Shown in pieces: positions 51,090 to 62,018 of a stretch of DNA of 64,000 bases. The DNA is taken from positions 310,001-374,000 of the forward strand of contig RSEE01000031.1 of NCBI GenBank assembly GCA_003971905.1, written 5' to 3'. The first letter of the stretch is position 1; each line of letters begins with the position of its first letter. The notes beneath the pieces are model-generated. The model did no database searches. It saw nothing but the letters and a program-made list of their open reading frames with translations, and was not told the origin of the DNA. The translations under genes were made by a program, and so were the position numbers. The DNA is from Moniliella sp. 'wahieum' (lineage: Eukaryota).

Positions 51090-52254
51090 GACGGGAGCCA
51101 TTTTGACAGGCGACTGGTGACACATGTGACATGTGACACGAGACAGACTTGTATTACCTCAGTCGGGACAGCTGCTCATTTCATTCCAATACATTCATTC
51201 CAATACAATTGCTCCACCTGCCAAAAGACCACCATTCCCAGCGGGCCCGACCATTCTCCTCCATATTTCTTTCGCGCCGCCCCTCGATTTGTGGTGAGCC
51301 AACCATGAGGATCAATTCCCAGACGTCCATGAAAGATGAATCGTCCTTTAATAATTGAATAGGTCAGGTCCAGAGGACCCCGATAGACATGTCGACGGTT
51401 ACAAATCTTGAGACCTAATGGTCCATGTAAACCACAACCAAAATTAGATGTGCTATCGATGCCACCAAGCCCGCTATATCTTTTTCCTCCGTGTTTTTCG
51501 ACTACTGTGACTGTGTGGGAGCTATTTGCGGAGTATAGAGTGGTTTGCTGCAAACATGTTCTTTTTCGTTGGTTGCCACTCCTCCACGATTAGGTGGATA
51601 TCGGCACTATTGGTTCCAACGCGGAGGGCATCTCTATAACGCCCCAGACGGGTACTAGACGAGCACATGGCCAACCTACTAGATATTAATGTAATACATC
51701 TTATTGTGACATCTTAATTAGAGGTGGGGTGGGCGTATGGGGCAGAGTGAAGACCAGGTTTGATGGAAGCACAAGTAAGGTAACTCGGTCATGACTGCGT
51801 GCCAGTACACATGAACAAACACATCTTATTGAAGTACAGAATGGGTTTACTCTCTCAGTGTATTAGGCTACACTTGATTGAGGCACCAATATCAGTATCA
51901 AGGCATAATCCTCTTCAGGGGAGACCACCGGGCCTGCGGCCCGGTCAGCTGGGCAGCTTGGCGCTGCGTCGCCACCGCAGCCACCGTTCCCCTGGTCTGC
52001 CGTTCCATGCTGGAACCCAAAATAATATCCCGATACTTGCTGGTGGCTGGCGTGGCTGGCTGCGCTGCCGGTGGCTTACATGGGGATAATGTCAAACGAG
52101 AAAGTGCTATCGGATGATATTCTTAGTGCCTTTGCACCCTTCATAGCCCTCGCTTCCTCTGCCCCCTTCTGTCAACATCTTTGCCAGCGCGATGGGGCTT
52201 ACACAGGAGGGGGTTACCAAAAAAGGGTCAGGCATGGGCGTTTCCCATTTTTTT

Positions 52255-52366
52255 CCCCTTAGTTCCTTAAGCGGGGTTGGCGCTACCAAACAACACACAC
52301 AAGATGAACGGGTCGGTTACGCGTAGCGTTTCCCTGTCCCAGCCTTAAGCTCTGTCAATGATATTG
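52255..52366 (+). mobile_element. Short 3' tail of CRE-like non-LTR element
   Basis: CAAGATGAACGGGTCGGTTACGCGTAGCGTTTCCCTGTCCCAGCCTTAAGCTCTGTCAATGATAT matches 56485-56551. Confidence 0.75.
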
Positions 52367-53530
52367 ATGCAATATAGAGATGATAGACTCTAACCCCTAA
52401 TAACCGTCAACAGCCGAGCTGAAGCTGCGAAGCTCAGCCTGAATGTTGAGGCTCTGAGAGTTTAGAGGGTAGTATATCAATCACCGTGGTCATATGTACA
52501 AAGCCACAGGGTCTATCATCTCGGTGTACTGATCAACTCGAAAACACCACACGGTTCACGATTCACGTCACATCCCTCATCAGAGGAGGTTGTAATGCTC
52601 TTCAGCGCGCTGACTCTCAGCATAGATCTGGAGATGCTGTGGACGATAAACACTCGAGACGTAGAGAGAGCAGGAGTCAAGCCGAGTTTGTGAAGGAGCT
52701 TTCGTAAGGGGAATGGGAAGATGAAAGGCTATACTACGGTGGTGGGCGCGTGCACCAATATTCTATGGCTCACAATATGAGGCCCAGAGGGGCCAGGCAC
52801 ACACAGTTCTAGTTCTATTAGTATCATACTCACTATTATACTCACTCATCATCCTGGGTTAGAGGAGAGGATGGACAATAGAAGTTGTTAGGCCTTGGTC
52901 TACCGTTCGCTAGACAGCGTGAGGGCTAACGTTCGCAGCGCTGCGTGCTTCTTGGCTTGAGTACTACGGCCGAGTACTCAGGCTGAGAGATGCGGTATAG
53001 CAGGAGACCAGTTGTGTGAGCGCACACGAGTTTTCGAGCACGAATCGCATACCGGAGAGTCTACGAAACCCACGCGGATCAAACAGTAGTTTCCTGATCG
53101 TGTTGCGTCACTATGGGGGAAGTAAGTAGCGGCGAATGGGGGCAATGGGGGCCCTATGGTGGTGGTGGGAGTATTCGCTTGGGTTCAAGAGGTAGAGCAA
53201 GTGGGATGATCTGAAGGGTGATGAAACGGGCGGTACCGCTGATGCACTGATGCGAGTCCGTGCGCCGGCCACGGGGGCTGTTTCCGCACTCCAAACCCCC
53301 AGCGAACATTTGGAAACGGCGGGTGACCGGTGGTCACTACCGGTGATCGTGACCTCAGGCAACAGAGTGGACGGCACTGCCCTGTGCGCCTGTGGCTCTT
53401 GAACGGGGCGCCTCTCCCGCTCAATGTGCGGCGACGGGCCTACGCCCGCTATATAACACCGTGCCTCGACGCCTCGACGCCCCCACACCCGCTGCTCCAC
53501 CCTCATCTCTCCCATACTCCTCTCCCCATC

Positions 53531-54779
53531 ATGTCTCTCTCTACCAAGACTTCCATCACCGACGTCGATCTCGCTGGCAAGCGTGTCCTCATTCGCGTTG
53601 ACTTCAACGTGCCCCTCGACGGCGACAAGATCACCAACCCGCAACGCATTGTTGCCGCTCTGCCCACCATTAAGTATGCCCTGGAGCACAAGCCCAAGGC
53701 TGTCATCCTGATGAGCCACCTCGGCCGCCCCAACGGGCAGCCCAACCCCAAGTATTCGCTCAAGCCCGTTGCGGTGGAACTCGAGAAGCTGCTGGGCAAA
53801 CCCGTTACCTTCCTCTCGGACTCAGTCGGGCCCGAGGTGGAGAAGGCCGTCAATGCTGGCAAGGACGGCCAGGTGTTCTTGCTGGAGAACTTGCGCTTCC
53901 ACATCGAGGAAGAGGGCAAGGGTGTGAATGCAGCGGGCGAGAAGGCCAAGGCAGACCCGGCCAAGGTGGCTGAGTTCCGCAAGGGCCTCACTGCTCTGGG
54001 CGACGTTTACATTAACGATGCCTTTGGCACAGCCCACCGCGCCCATTCCTCTATGGTCGGTGTCGAGCTGCCGGTGCGCGCTTCTGGCTTCCTGATGAAG
54101 AAGGAGCTGGACTACTTCGCCAAGGCGCTCGAGCACCCAGAGCGGCCCTTCCTCGCCATCCTTGGTGGTGCCAAGGTCAGCGACAAGATTCAGCTGATCA
54201 ACAATATGCTGGACAAGGTCGACAAGCTTATCATTGGTGGTGGCATGGCCTTCACCTTCAAGAAGGTGGTCGAAGGCATGGCCATTGGCGATTCGCTCTT
54301 TGACGAGGAGGGCGGTAAGCAGGCCAAGGCGCTCCTCGAGAAGGCCAAGGCCAACAATGTCGAAGTTGTCCTCCCTGTCGACTTCATCACTGCCGATAAG
54401 TTTGCGAAGGACGCCGCCACCGGTACGGCCACTGACAAGGCTGGTATTCCTGATGGCTGGATGGGTCTCGACGCCGGGCCCGAGTCGCGGAAACTATTCG
54501 CCAAGACCATCTCGGAGGCCAAGACTATCCTTTGGAACGGGCCACCGGGTGTGTTTGAGTTTGATGCGTTTGCCAATGGCTCCAAAGCTATGCTCGAAGC
54601 TACCGTTGCCGCTGTCAAGGCCGGTGCAACGGTGATTGTCGGTGGTGGTGACACGGCCACCGTCGCGGTCAAGTTTGGCGGTGCCGATGAGCTGTCGCAT
54701 GTGTCCACGGGAGGCGGTGCGTCGCTGGAGCTGCTGGAGGGCAAGACGTTGCCGGGTGTGGCGGCGTTGTCCCAAGTAA
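53531..54779 (+). CDS. PGK1: Phosphoglycerate kinase (intronless); probable terminal indel, ORF track runs to 54835
   Basis: [82 protein letters not shown] ~80 bp upstream. Confidence 0.97.
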
Positions 54780-55540
54780 ACCGCCCCGCCATCGGATCTG
54801 TACCACCACACTCATACCACGAATGCCAATCATGACGAAATCAGACGAAATTGCTTGCTCTCTATCTTGTGCAATAGGCGTGTTGGAAGGAGGTGGCAGA
54901 ATAGAGTGGAACAACAGAAAGTATCACTGCAACTTCAGGTACGGACTGCTAATACGAATGGTTAGATCGCTCTCGCTAGATCTCGGTGACCGAGATCAAG
55001 CACGGAGACATCAACAAAAACGCAGATGAGACAGTCGCCCTCTGTAGCAATCGAGGCTAAAGGAGGGAGACCAAGGTCATGTCAAAGGCAAGGGGAAAGG
55101 CAAGATCTGTCACGGGGCGATGCGCAGCACAGCCACCGGAAATATTTCTGTTGGCGCCGCCGCTGCTTTATCGTTCGCTCTTGGCTTCTAATCGGCTCGA
55201 TCGCCGATGCTCCGCGCGTGCGGATCGGCGGGAGCTATCAGCCGCGTGGTCTCCAACAGACCACAGTTAGGCCGCTTGCCTATAGTAGGAAGGCAGAGTA
55301 GAGGACGTCTCTTGGGTACGAAGCTCGCGCTTCGGGCCTACGACTGGTCCTCTTGCCTGACGAGCCAGAGGGCTGGGTCCCCTGCCCCCGTCGGGCGAGG
55401 TTGTCACCGCCCGGGAGGCCACACCGTTATAAGATCGTCCGTGGGAGGAAACAGAAAAAGTCATCGGGCAGAGAGCAGAAGCAAAAGGAAAGGGAAGAGC
55501 GAGAGACAGAATGCAGAATTTGGAAATTGGAGCGAGCTTA

Positions 55541-55770
55541 GTGATGAGACCTGGAGTCCGGATGGTCCTCGAGGGTAATGCAATCGCACTGGTGGTGGTG
55601 CTAGTCTAAGCGAACCAGCAACGCCTACAGAGGAACATCAAGCAGCGAGTACCAGAGGCTAAGCTGCGGAACAAGGAAAAACAGGAGAAAGAAAACAGAA
55701 CTCCCAATGCCTGAGGAGGAACTGAAGGGACATTGGCTAAAGCACGAACCACCCGATGGCTCAATAGACC
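55541..55770 (+). repeat. Dispersed repeat family A copy, directly upstream of a CRE-like fragment
   Basis: Matches the reverse complement of 1-245 and the copies at 30856 and 36390. Confidence 0.85.
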
Positions 55771-55799
55771 ACACATCATTATCCGTTGAAGCTTGCTCC

Positions 55800-56552
55800 T
55801 TGACCACTGGGGTGCCGGTTTTGGTTGGGCAATGCACGAACAAATCGATTTCTTACAAAAAGCCGCACCCAAGCCAAGTTTGGTGCGTTGCATGAGGCAG
55901 TGCGGGAGCCCATTCTCCAGCTCCTCCGCTCCATCCCCGACACCCACGTCCACAACGAACCTATGGTGGAGGAAGAGGATGGGACGAGGCGCGGACGGAA
56001 GGCACAGCGCACCGATTACCGTGTGATGGGGCCCGGGGCACTGGGAGGAACCGGAATGGAGGTAGACCACACGCTGCGCGACACGGGATCGCAGGAGGCG
56101 CAGAGCGCGTACCGGCGGGTGGTGCATGAGAGCACTGCGTCGCCTTTGGAACGCCGGGAGAAGGAACTGCTTCGGCTGCTTGAACAAGCAGAATGCGACA
56201 AGAACGCCAAGTACCAGGGACGCACTCAAGAGCCGTTTTTCCCCCTGGTTCTGACGACGCGAGGATACTACGGCACCAAGACGGCGGGCAAGTTTTTGCG
56301 CATTGGAAGGAGTTGGCTACTAAGTCTCAGTGGAAATGGTTCCTCGCTCGGATGTCAACCACGTTCATCCGTGTCCACACGCGCTTCCTAGGGTACGGGA
56401 CCGGATGGCGAGAGCCGGAGGGTCCTGATATCCTGGCGATCCCCCTGGTTCCTTGACCTTAGTGGCGCCTCCAAGTAACCCCCGCAAGATGAACGGTTCG
56501 GTTTAGACGTAGCGTTCCCTCTGTCCCAGCCTTAAGCTCTGTCAATGATATG
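55800..56552 (+). mobile_element. 5'-truncated CRE-clade non-LTR retrotransposon (RLE domain plus 3' UTR)
   Basis: LHEAVRE..LLRSIPDTHVHNEP..RTDYRVMGPG..EVDHTL..CDKNAKYQG..FPLVLTTRGYYG; tail ends GTCAATGATATG. Confidence 0.82.
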
Positions 56553-57235
56553 AATTCAAAAGAGTCGATGTGGAGATAAGCGAAAGAGGCGTGTATTTAA
56601 ACGTTATAAACGTTAAACGTTAAACAGAGGCCTCTGACGACCTGAGACAGTTGTTGAGGCCTGACCAAGTGTTAAATTTTAAGTGACTCTGTGCGTCACA
56701 TACATCCGAACCTCTGTCACATGTCACATGCATTCACGGAGGATCGCAATCCCATGCATCTTTGCCGAACGATCGACACCGAAAGCTGCATGGGGGAATG
56801 GCTGTGACAGACACACGGTTTGAGAATGAGATCCTCTTGAGAATGAGTTCCTATATAAATGCTGGAGCTGGGACTATATATAGTCGTTTTCGTTGCAAAA
56901 GATAATGAATGATCTATACTATCATCTCTCGCTCTGTGACAGCTTCATGCACCTGGGGCATGCCCCCCCTGTTTCATCTCAACTCTTGCCATCAACGTCT
57001 TTGCTCGTCCCTCTCCTTCTTGTCAAGCAATGATATATAGTAGTTACGGGGAATCCCGGCCTGGGAACCGGCCCATACTAGTTTTTTTTTTTGCGGATGT
57101 TTTCCTTGGAGGCGGATAGACCACACTCACGGCTGTTGATCGGGCCCAAACATCACTGGTGGCCGATCCGCACAGAGAGCTAGAGGCGAAGTGAGGCCTC
57201 TCTTAATTGGTGGGGTGTCGGCTCGCGTGTGGCAA

Positions 57236-57324
57236 GGTTGTGTTGAGCCATCGGGTGGCTCGTGCTTTGGCCAATGTCCCTTCAGTTCCTCCTCATGCCT
57301 GAGAGTTCTGTTTTTTCTCCTGTT
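57236..57324 (-). repeat. Partial repeat family A copy
   Basis: TGTTGAGCCATCGGGTGGCTCGTGCTTTGGCCAATGTCCCTTCAGTTCCTCCTCA matches window positions 5-59. Confidence 0.8.
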
Positions 57325-57484
57325 AATCAACATCTCAGTGGCTCTCGAAATGAGAGCTGATGACTGTTATCAGGTCGGAAAAGGTTCCCTGTTGACTGTA
57401 CCGCGATTCCACCATGCAGAGAGACGGGGAGGTTCCTTTCATCGTGGAACTTCAGTACGTGCACACGTTCAACGCGGGCGTGAA

Positions 57485-57523
57485 TGATCGATTATCGATT
57501 AAATGTTGAACGTTAAACGTTAA
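57485..57523. repeat. Mixed-core TNA-N4-TNA array
   Basis: TGA TCGA TTA TCGA TTA..TGA ACGT TAA ACGT TAA. Confidence 0.8.
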
Positions 57524-58328
57524 ACCCACTGCAGTGAAAACTTCTAGGCCTGGCGGGGAAAGGGGGCGGGCTGCGCGTGAATCACAAACTGAACAAGACA
57601 GCCTTTTGGGGGGTATGTAGATATCAGGCTGTTTGTCCAGGGCACTTGAAAAGGACTATGTATGGCTGCAATGCTTACCTCCCAGATCCTATGCGCCCTC
57701 CCCGCTTGTATCTCCGATCGTCCGTACCTAGATGCTTGATGTTGAAGCGCTAACGGTGCGGGCTTTTGAAGGTTTGAGATGCGCTGCTGAGCGCGCTGAG
57801 CCACCCTTTTGGGCTGGATCTTCAGACTTCAGAGCTTCAGAGCTTCAGCAGGCTTCAGACTTTCAGACCTTCATGCTCCCGTCTAGAGCTTCAGTTTGAG
57901 CGCTCGCGTGAGCGTTGAGTGGTTGAGGCCCTGAAGGGCCTGAGACATAAGGCCTAGAAACCTCTCGATCTGTTGCACCCCTCTCGCTCTCTCCCATTCA
58001 GATGTACTTTTGCGATGATGCATGATGAGCGCTCAGGCTGAGCACACATAATGTGGTGCACGCGCTACACACACACATGCTTGAAGCTTAAGCTGTGTTC
58101 CAGCCCATGATCCAGGCCCCTTTTCTCAGATCTCAGGGGCCTCAGACTCAGGCCTCAGGCCAGCCAGGCCCAAGGATGGTCCACACTCAAACACACTCAT
58201 TACAAGCATCGACGGTCAGGGTGTGTCGGGATATAGCGGAGTCGGAGTCCGGCCGTCACCGCATCGCCGTCATGCGTCGTGCCTGACTTGCTGTATAGCG
58301 GCGGGGATCAAGTGGATATTGATGCAGA

Positions 58329-58359
58329 TAATCGATAATCGATAACGCGTGACGCGTGA
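58329..58359. repeat. Mixed-core TNA-N4-TNA array
   Basis: TAA TCGA TAA TCGA TAA CGCG TGA CGCG TGA. Confidence 0.85.
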
Positions 58360-59413
58360 CGGTGCTGAGGCTCTCCACCTGTCTTTCGTCTTTTTTCAGT
58401 CTCTCTCAGATCTCAACGTCTCTTCATGAACAGAATATATAAAAGAGGCTCTTGTAAGATCCAAGGAAACCCAAAGCATATGTTGGGTGGCATATATACA
58501 TCTCAGACCTGACTCTCACATATAGGTCTGAGTCTCATACAGGCCAGCGCCTCAGGCCTGAGCCTCAGGCCTCAGGGGCCTCAAGCATCATGCATCATAC
58601 ACCATGGGCCTCAATCGCGCGCAATTCTCTCGACCTACAAGGGTACTACCTGGGTGTATTAGGGTTGGGCCTCTGGACCCCATATACATATGTGGGCCAC
58701 CGAAGATTCGCCTTTCCATGTAGGTCTTCAAGCTTCAAGCTTCAAGCTTCTCACTATCTATGCTATCGGCTAGTACACACCCTGTTCCGTATCAGTCTAA
58801 TACCACACGGTCCTCTTTTCAGTACAACGTATCCATATCACCGTAGCCGACGAGGTGAGACCGTCAAGGACAAAGTGAAAGGCTAGCTTCACAAGCTTCA
58901 AGCTTCAAGCTTCAACCTGAGATCAGGTGTGTGGTGGTTATTGCACGTTTGTTGCACCACCCCGGGGAAAAGGTTGAGAGAAACAAAAACGCCAGCTCTG
59001 AAACAAGCGAGTCTCACCTAGAGTATATGGAAGACCAGAGAGCAGGCAGTTGTTGATGGGGTGTTGTCTTATTGCATTGCATAACATGAGCGATGAGCTA
59101 CAGATGCTGTGCGAGGAAAATCAGGAGGGAATATCGGAGTACACCGAAAAGGGATCCGGGTTTCGGCTACCGATGCCGCTACTTTCCAATGAATAGTGAC
59201 TAGTGACTAGTGACGAGTGACTGGGGAGGCAGCACACCTATAGCAGTCCACGACTGAGTGGTCGCGGCTGTCGTCGTGAATATGGTTCTTCGGGCTACAG
59301 TAGAGTTCCGCGAATTGTGCGCTCCGGGTTGGTTACCGTCGCGTCTCCTTCTCCTCCTTTTTTTCTTCTTGCTGCATTCAAGGCTAGCGTCAGGAGCTTA
59401 CAAGAAGTTTTCT

Positions 59414-59792
59414 CTAACTGTTTCCGCCCAATACAGTGCAATCGTCCTTATTAGATCTGGTAGCGTAGGTATTCTTCTCAGTTTTTGGACAGCCGTGGTT
59501 TTCGCCCCAGCGCCCTAGCCCCCATTCTTTCAACAGCTTTGCGAATGATAAAACACAGTTAGACTTTTGTTGCCCGCAATGGAGAGAATGGGGATTTGAT
59601 ATTTTGGAAGGGTTTTTGAGGGTGCAATACCGACGTTTATCGGAGGGCCAAACAAAAACGGGGCCAATTGGTATATCCTGTGCGGGGACCACGGTGACGC
59701 GGTGAGAGAACTTGCGAATTTTGATGCTTACTGCCTGTGCAGGATGATGTCGATGATGCCTGATGCTACACAGAACGAAAAGAGCCTTTGAT
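59414..59792 (-). pseudogene. Possible small spliced Cys-containing gene or pseudogene (intron 59678-59731), no intact ATG
   Basis: GTAAGC..CTCAC..CACAG intron joins KALFVLCSI..AQA in frame to DIPIGPVFVWP..(5 Cys)..GGNS*; TATA-like motif ~25 bp upstream. Confidence 0.3.
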
Positions 59793-60869
59793 GGTTGAAA
59801 AACAAGGGGTCTGATATAAACAGGGCGGGGGGGTGTTTACTGGTGATGTCGTGAGTATATACTTAGCTCCTTTTGGAGTACGAAGAGTGCTCCGAATAAT
59901 GACGCATTGCGAGGACTCAGCACTCAAGGTTCAAGCTTCAAGCTTCCAGTGACATGCGAGTATTGAGATTGAATATTGAGTATTGAGTACCCAGGCTGAG
60001 AGTACTCACTGTGAATGACTCAGAGTGTCATGAAACATCATTTTGCAAGTGCGCATCAACGCCAATCATGTTGCGAAGTATATATATTGTTGAACGTTGA
60101 CTTCGATCCTCCGGCTCCCCGTCGGTAGACCAGGTTCGCCCCGGTTTCATATCGGCTTCCACGCTTGTGTCCCAGCGTGTCATTGGCCCTGTGTCTAGTC
60201 AGGCCTCCTATATAGATGCCTCTGTACCCACACACACCCAACTCTAGCTCTAATCCATCACCTTCTCTTCATCCTTCTGCCCGTCCGGCTCCCTACTAGG
60301 CCAACATATATATTTTTGTCGCACCCGGGCCAGTCGCACGCAAACGGTCGCTGTCCCGAGTGGGTGCGCATGTGCAGTGCCAACCCCGTCGATTCGCCAA
60401 ACGCGGCGTGGCAGACACTACAGACAAAAACGGACGAAAGTTGGTGTGGGTCTGAAGGTGGCGTTGGAGCTTTTGCCGTTGCTTGAATTCACCCTCTTTG
60501 CCTTGTGCGGCACGCGAGCAACCGCGCCACTCACACCGGTATGAGCTCTTGCCGCTCCCAACATGTTCCTGACTGAGGTGGATGTTGAGCTGGTCGAGCG
60601 TGGCAAAGGATGCTTCACACGTCCCCCAGCAGCACGCATGTTTCTCCGTCTCTTCCTAACCGTGTGTGGGCGCGGCCGACACAACCACTCATCTCGCTTC
60701 AGGCTGAGGCCGCACCTCAAACCCGAGAGGCCTGAAATCGAGGTCTTCCGGCTGCGCTGAATCTGAAGAAAGATGATCGACGTTGCGTGTAGCGTGTTGG
60801 CCGTGGTGGAGAGTACCGGAAAGGTTGAGGCGAAGGCATATAGTTCTTCAATTCAATGAGAAAGCTCGT

Positions 60870-60962
60870 TCAACGTTCATCGATCATCGATCATGATCAA
60901 CGTTCAACTTTCAAACTGTATCTCACCGGTCGGGCCGGTCACTGGTCACATGTCACATGTCA
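60870..60962. repeat. Mixed-core TNA-N4-TNA arrays
   Basis: TCA ACGT TCA TCGA TCA TCGA TCA TGA TCA ACGT TCA ACTT TCA ... TCA CTGG TCA CATG TCA CATG TCA. Confidence 0.85.
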
Positions 60963-61276
60963 CAGCGCTTAAGCGCGTCCCGGTTACCCTGATTACCGGT
61001 TATTGGCTGGTTCCCCTTACCTTCCGGGCAGGTCCAAGTTTGGGTTTAACGACGTTTAACGTGTAACGCGGAACGTGTAACGTTTAACGTTTACAATTCG
61101 TCGGCTGGCATTGGCATTGGGGGGCTGGATGTTATATTGAGCAAGACAAGATGGGAATGGGAATGGGAATTTGGAAGGGGATGGGCGGGTAAAAACCGGT
61201 AACTCGCGTGTATGAACAGGTCACCGGCGGGGTTTGAGGCCGCAGGAAGCGTTGAAATCCAGGCACATGAATCAGA

Positions 61277-61342
61277 CCGGTAACCGGTAACCGGTAACAT
61301 GCAACAGGGTGTAATCGATAATCGATAATCGATAATCCGTCA
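61277..61342. repeat. TNA-N4-TNA arrays (CCGG, CATG, TCGA cores)
   Basis: CCGG TAA CCGG TAA CCGG TAA CATG .. TAA TCGA TAA TCGA TAA TCGA TAA TCCG TCA. Confidence 0.85.
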
Positions 61343-61660
61343 TCGGCGACATCTCGGTCCATTATGCAGTACGAGAAGGAGTGGGAAGGAAGGGCAACGT
61401 ATCAACCTTGGGTCGGATACGCACGAGTAACAACTCAATACTATGAGTCTGAACGTACTGAATACCCAGTTACTGAGTCGCAGTACCGTGAGTATATGCT
61501 GAGTAATAGTATTCTGCCCGAAGCTCCTTGCCTTCACTGCACTCTTGCCTAGCGGGACAACCTTTATTAATCAGCTGAGGACAACCGCATGTACCGTAGC
61601 TTTGTACCGTCTCCCGCGCTGACTGTCGTGCCAGGCACAGCGGTGGTAGCACGGCGATTG

Positions 61661-61684
61661 TCACATGTCACATGTCACATGTCA
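61661..61684. repeat. TNA-N4-TNA array (TCA CATG)x3
   Basis: TCACATGTCACATGTCACATGTCA. Confidence 0.85.
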
Positions 61685-62018
61685 TCCATGGCATTCGCGG
61701 GTCGGGGCCAGAAACTACGACTAACCGCAGCGAGTGCACCCACGGGTTCCTGGCTGCTACTGTCCTTAGGCCTTACCAAGTGTGGTGGTGGTAAGCGCTA
61801 GGATGGGATCTGCACAACGCTGCTACCCCGTGGCCACTGTGCCTGGCGGTCCAGGGGCTCAGCGTTACCGCCAGAAACGAAACAGCAGAGATTTTTTGCA
61901 TGAAGCTCAGGCTGAGCGCTGATTGAAGCTTGAAGAAGGACTTCGGAGCTTGGAGCACTGAAGCTTTACTGAGCCCAAGCTTCACGATGCATGGTGCCCG
62001 TTATGCCTGGGAGTACTA

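Noticed and set aside
44968..54779. PFK and PGK as a glycolytic gene cluster
   Set aside because: They are separated by SIS1 and ~6 kb; two genes are not enough without synteny evidence.
54765..55030. Cryptic peroxisomal PGK isoform by readthrough or alternative splicing, as known for some fungal PGKs; ORF extension [19 protein letters not shown]
   Set aside because: The stop context is TAA-ACC rather than TGA-CTA. The readthrough frame and the splice options I tried from GTAAAC give no SKL-like end. The extension is best explained by an indel before AAG TAA.
57038..57092. GC-rich hairpin followed by a T-run as a Pol III ncRNA or terminator
   Set aside because: The stem is imperfect and no A/B boxes or known RNA similarity are evident; the T-run may instead be an A-tail on the other strand.
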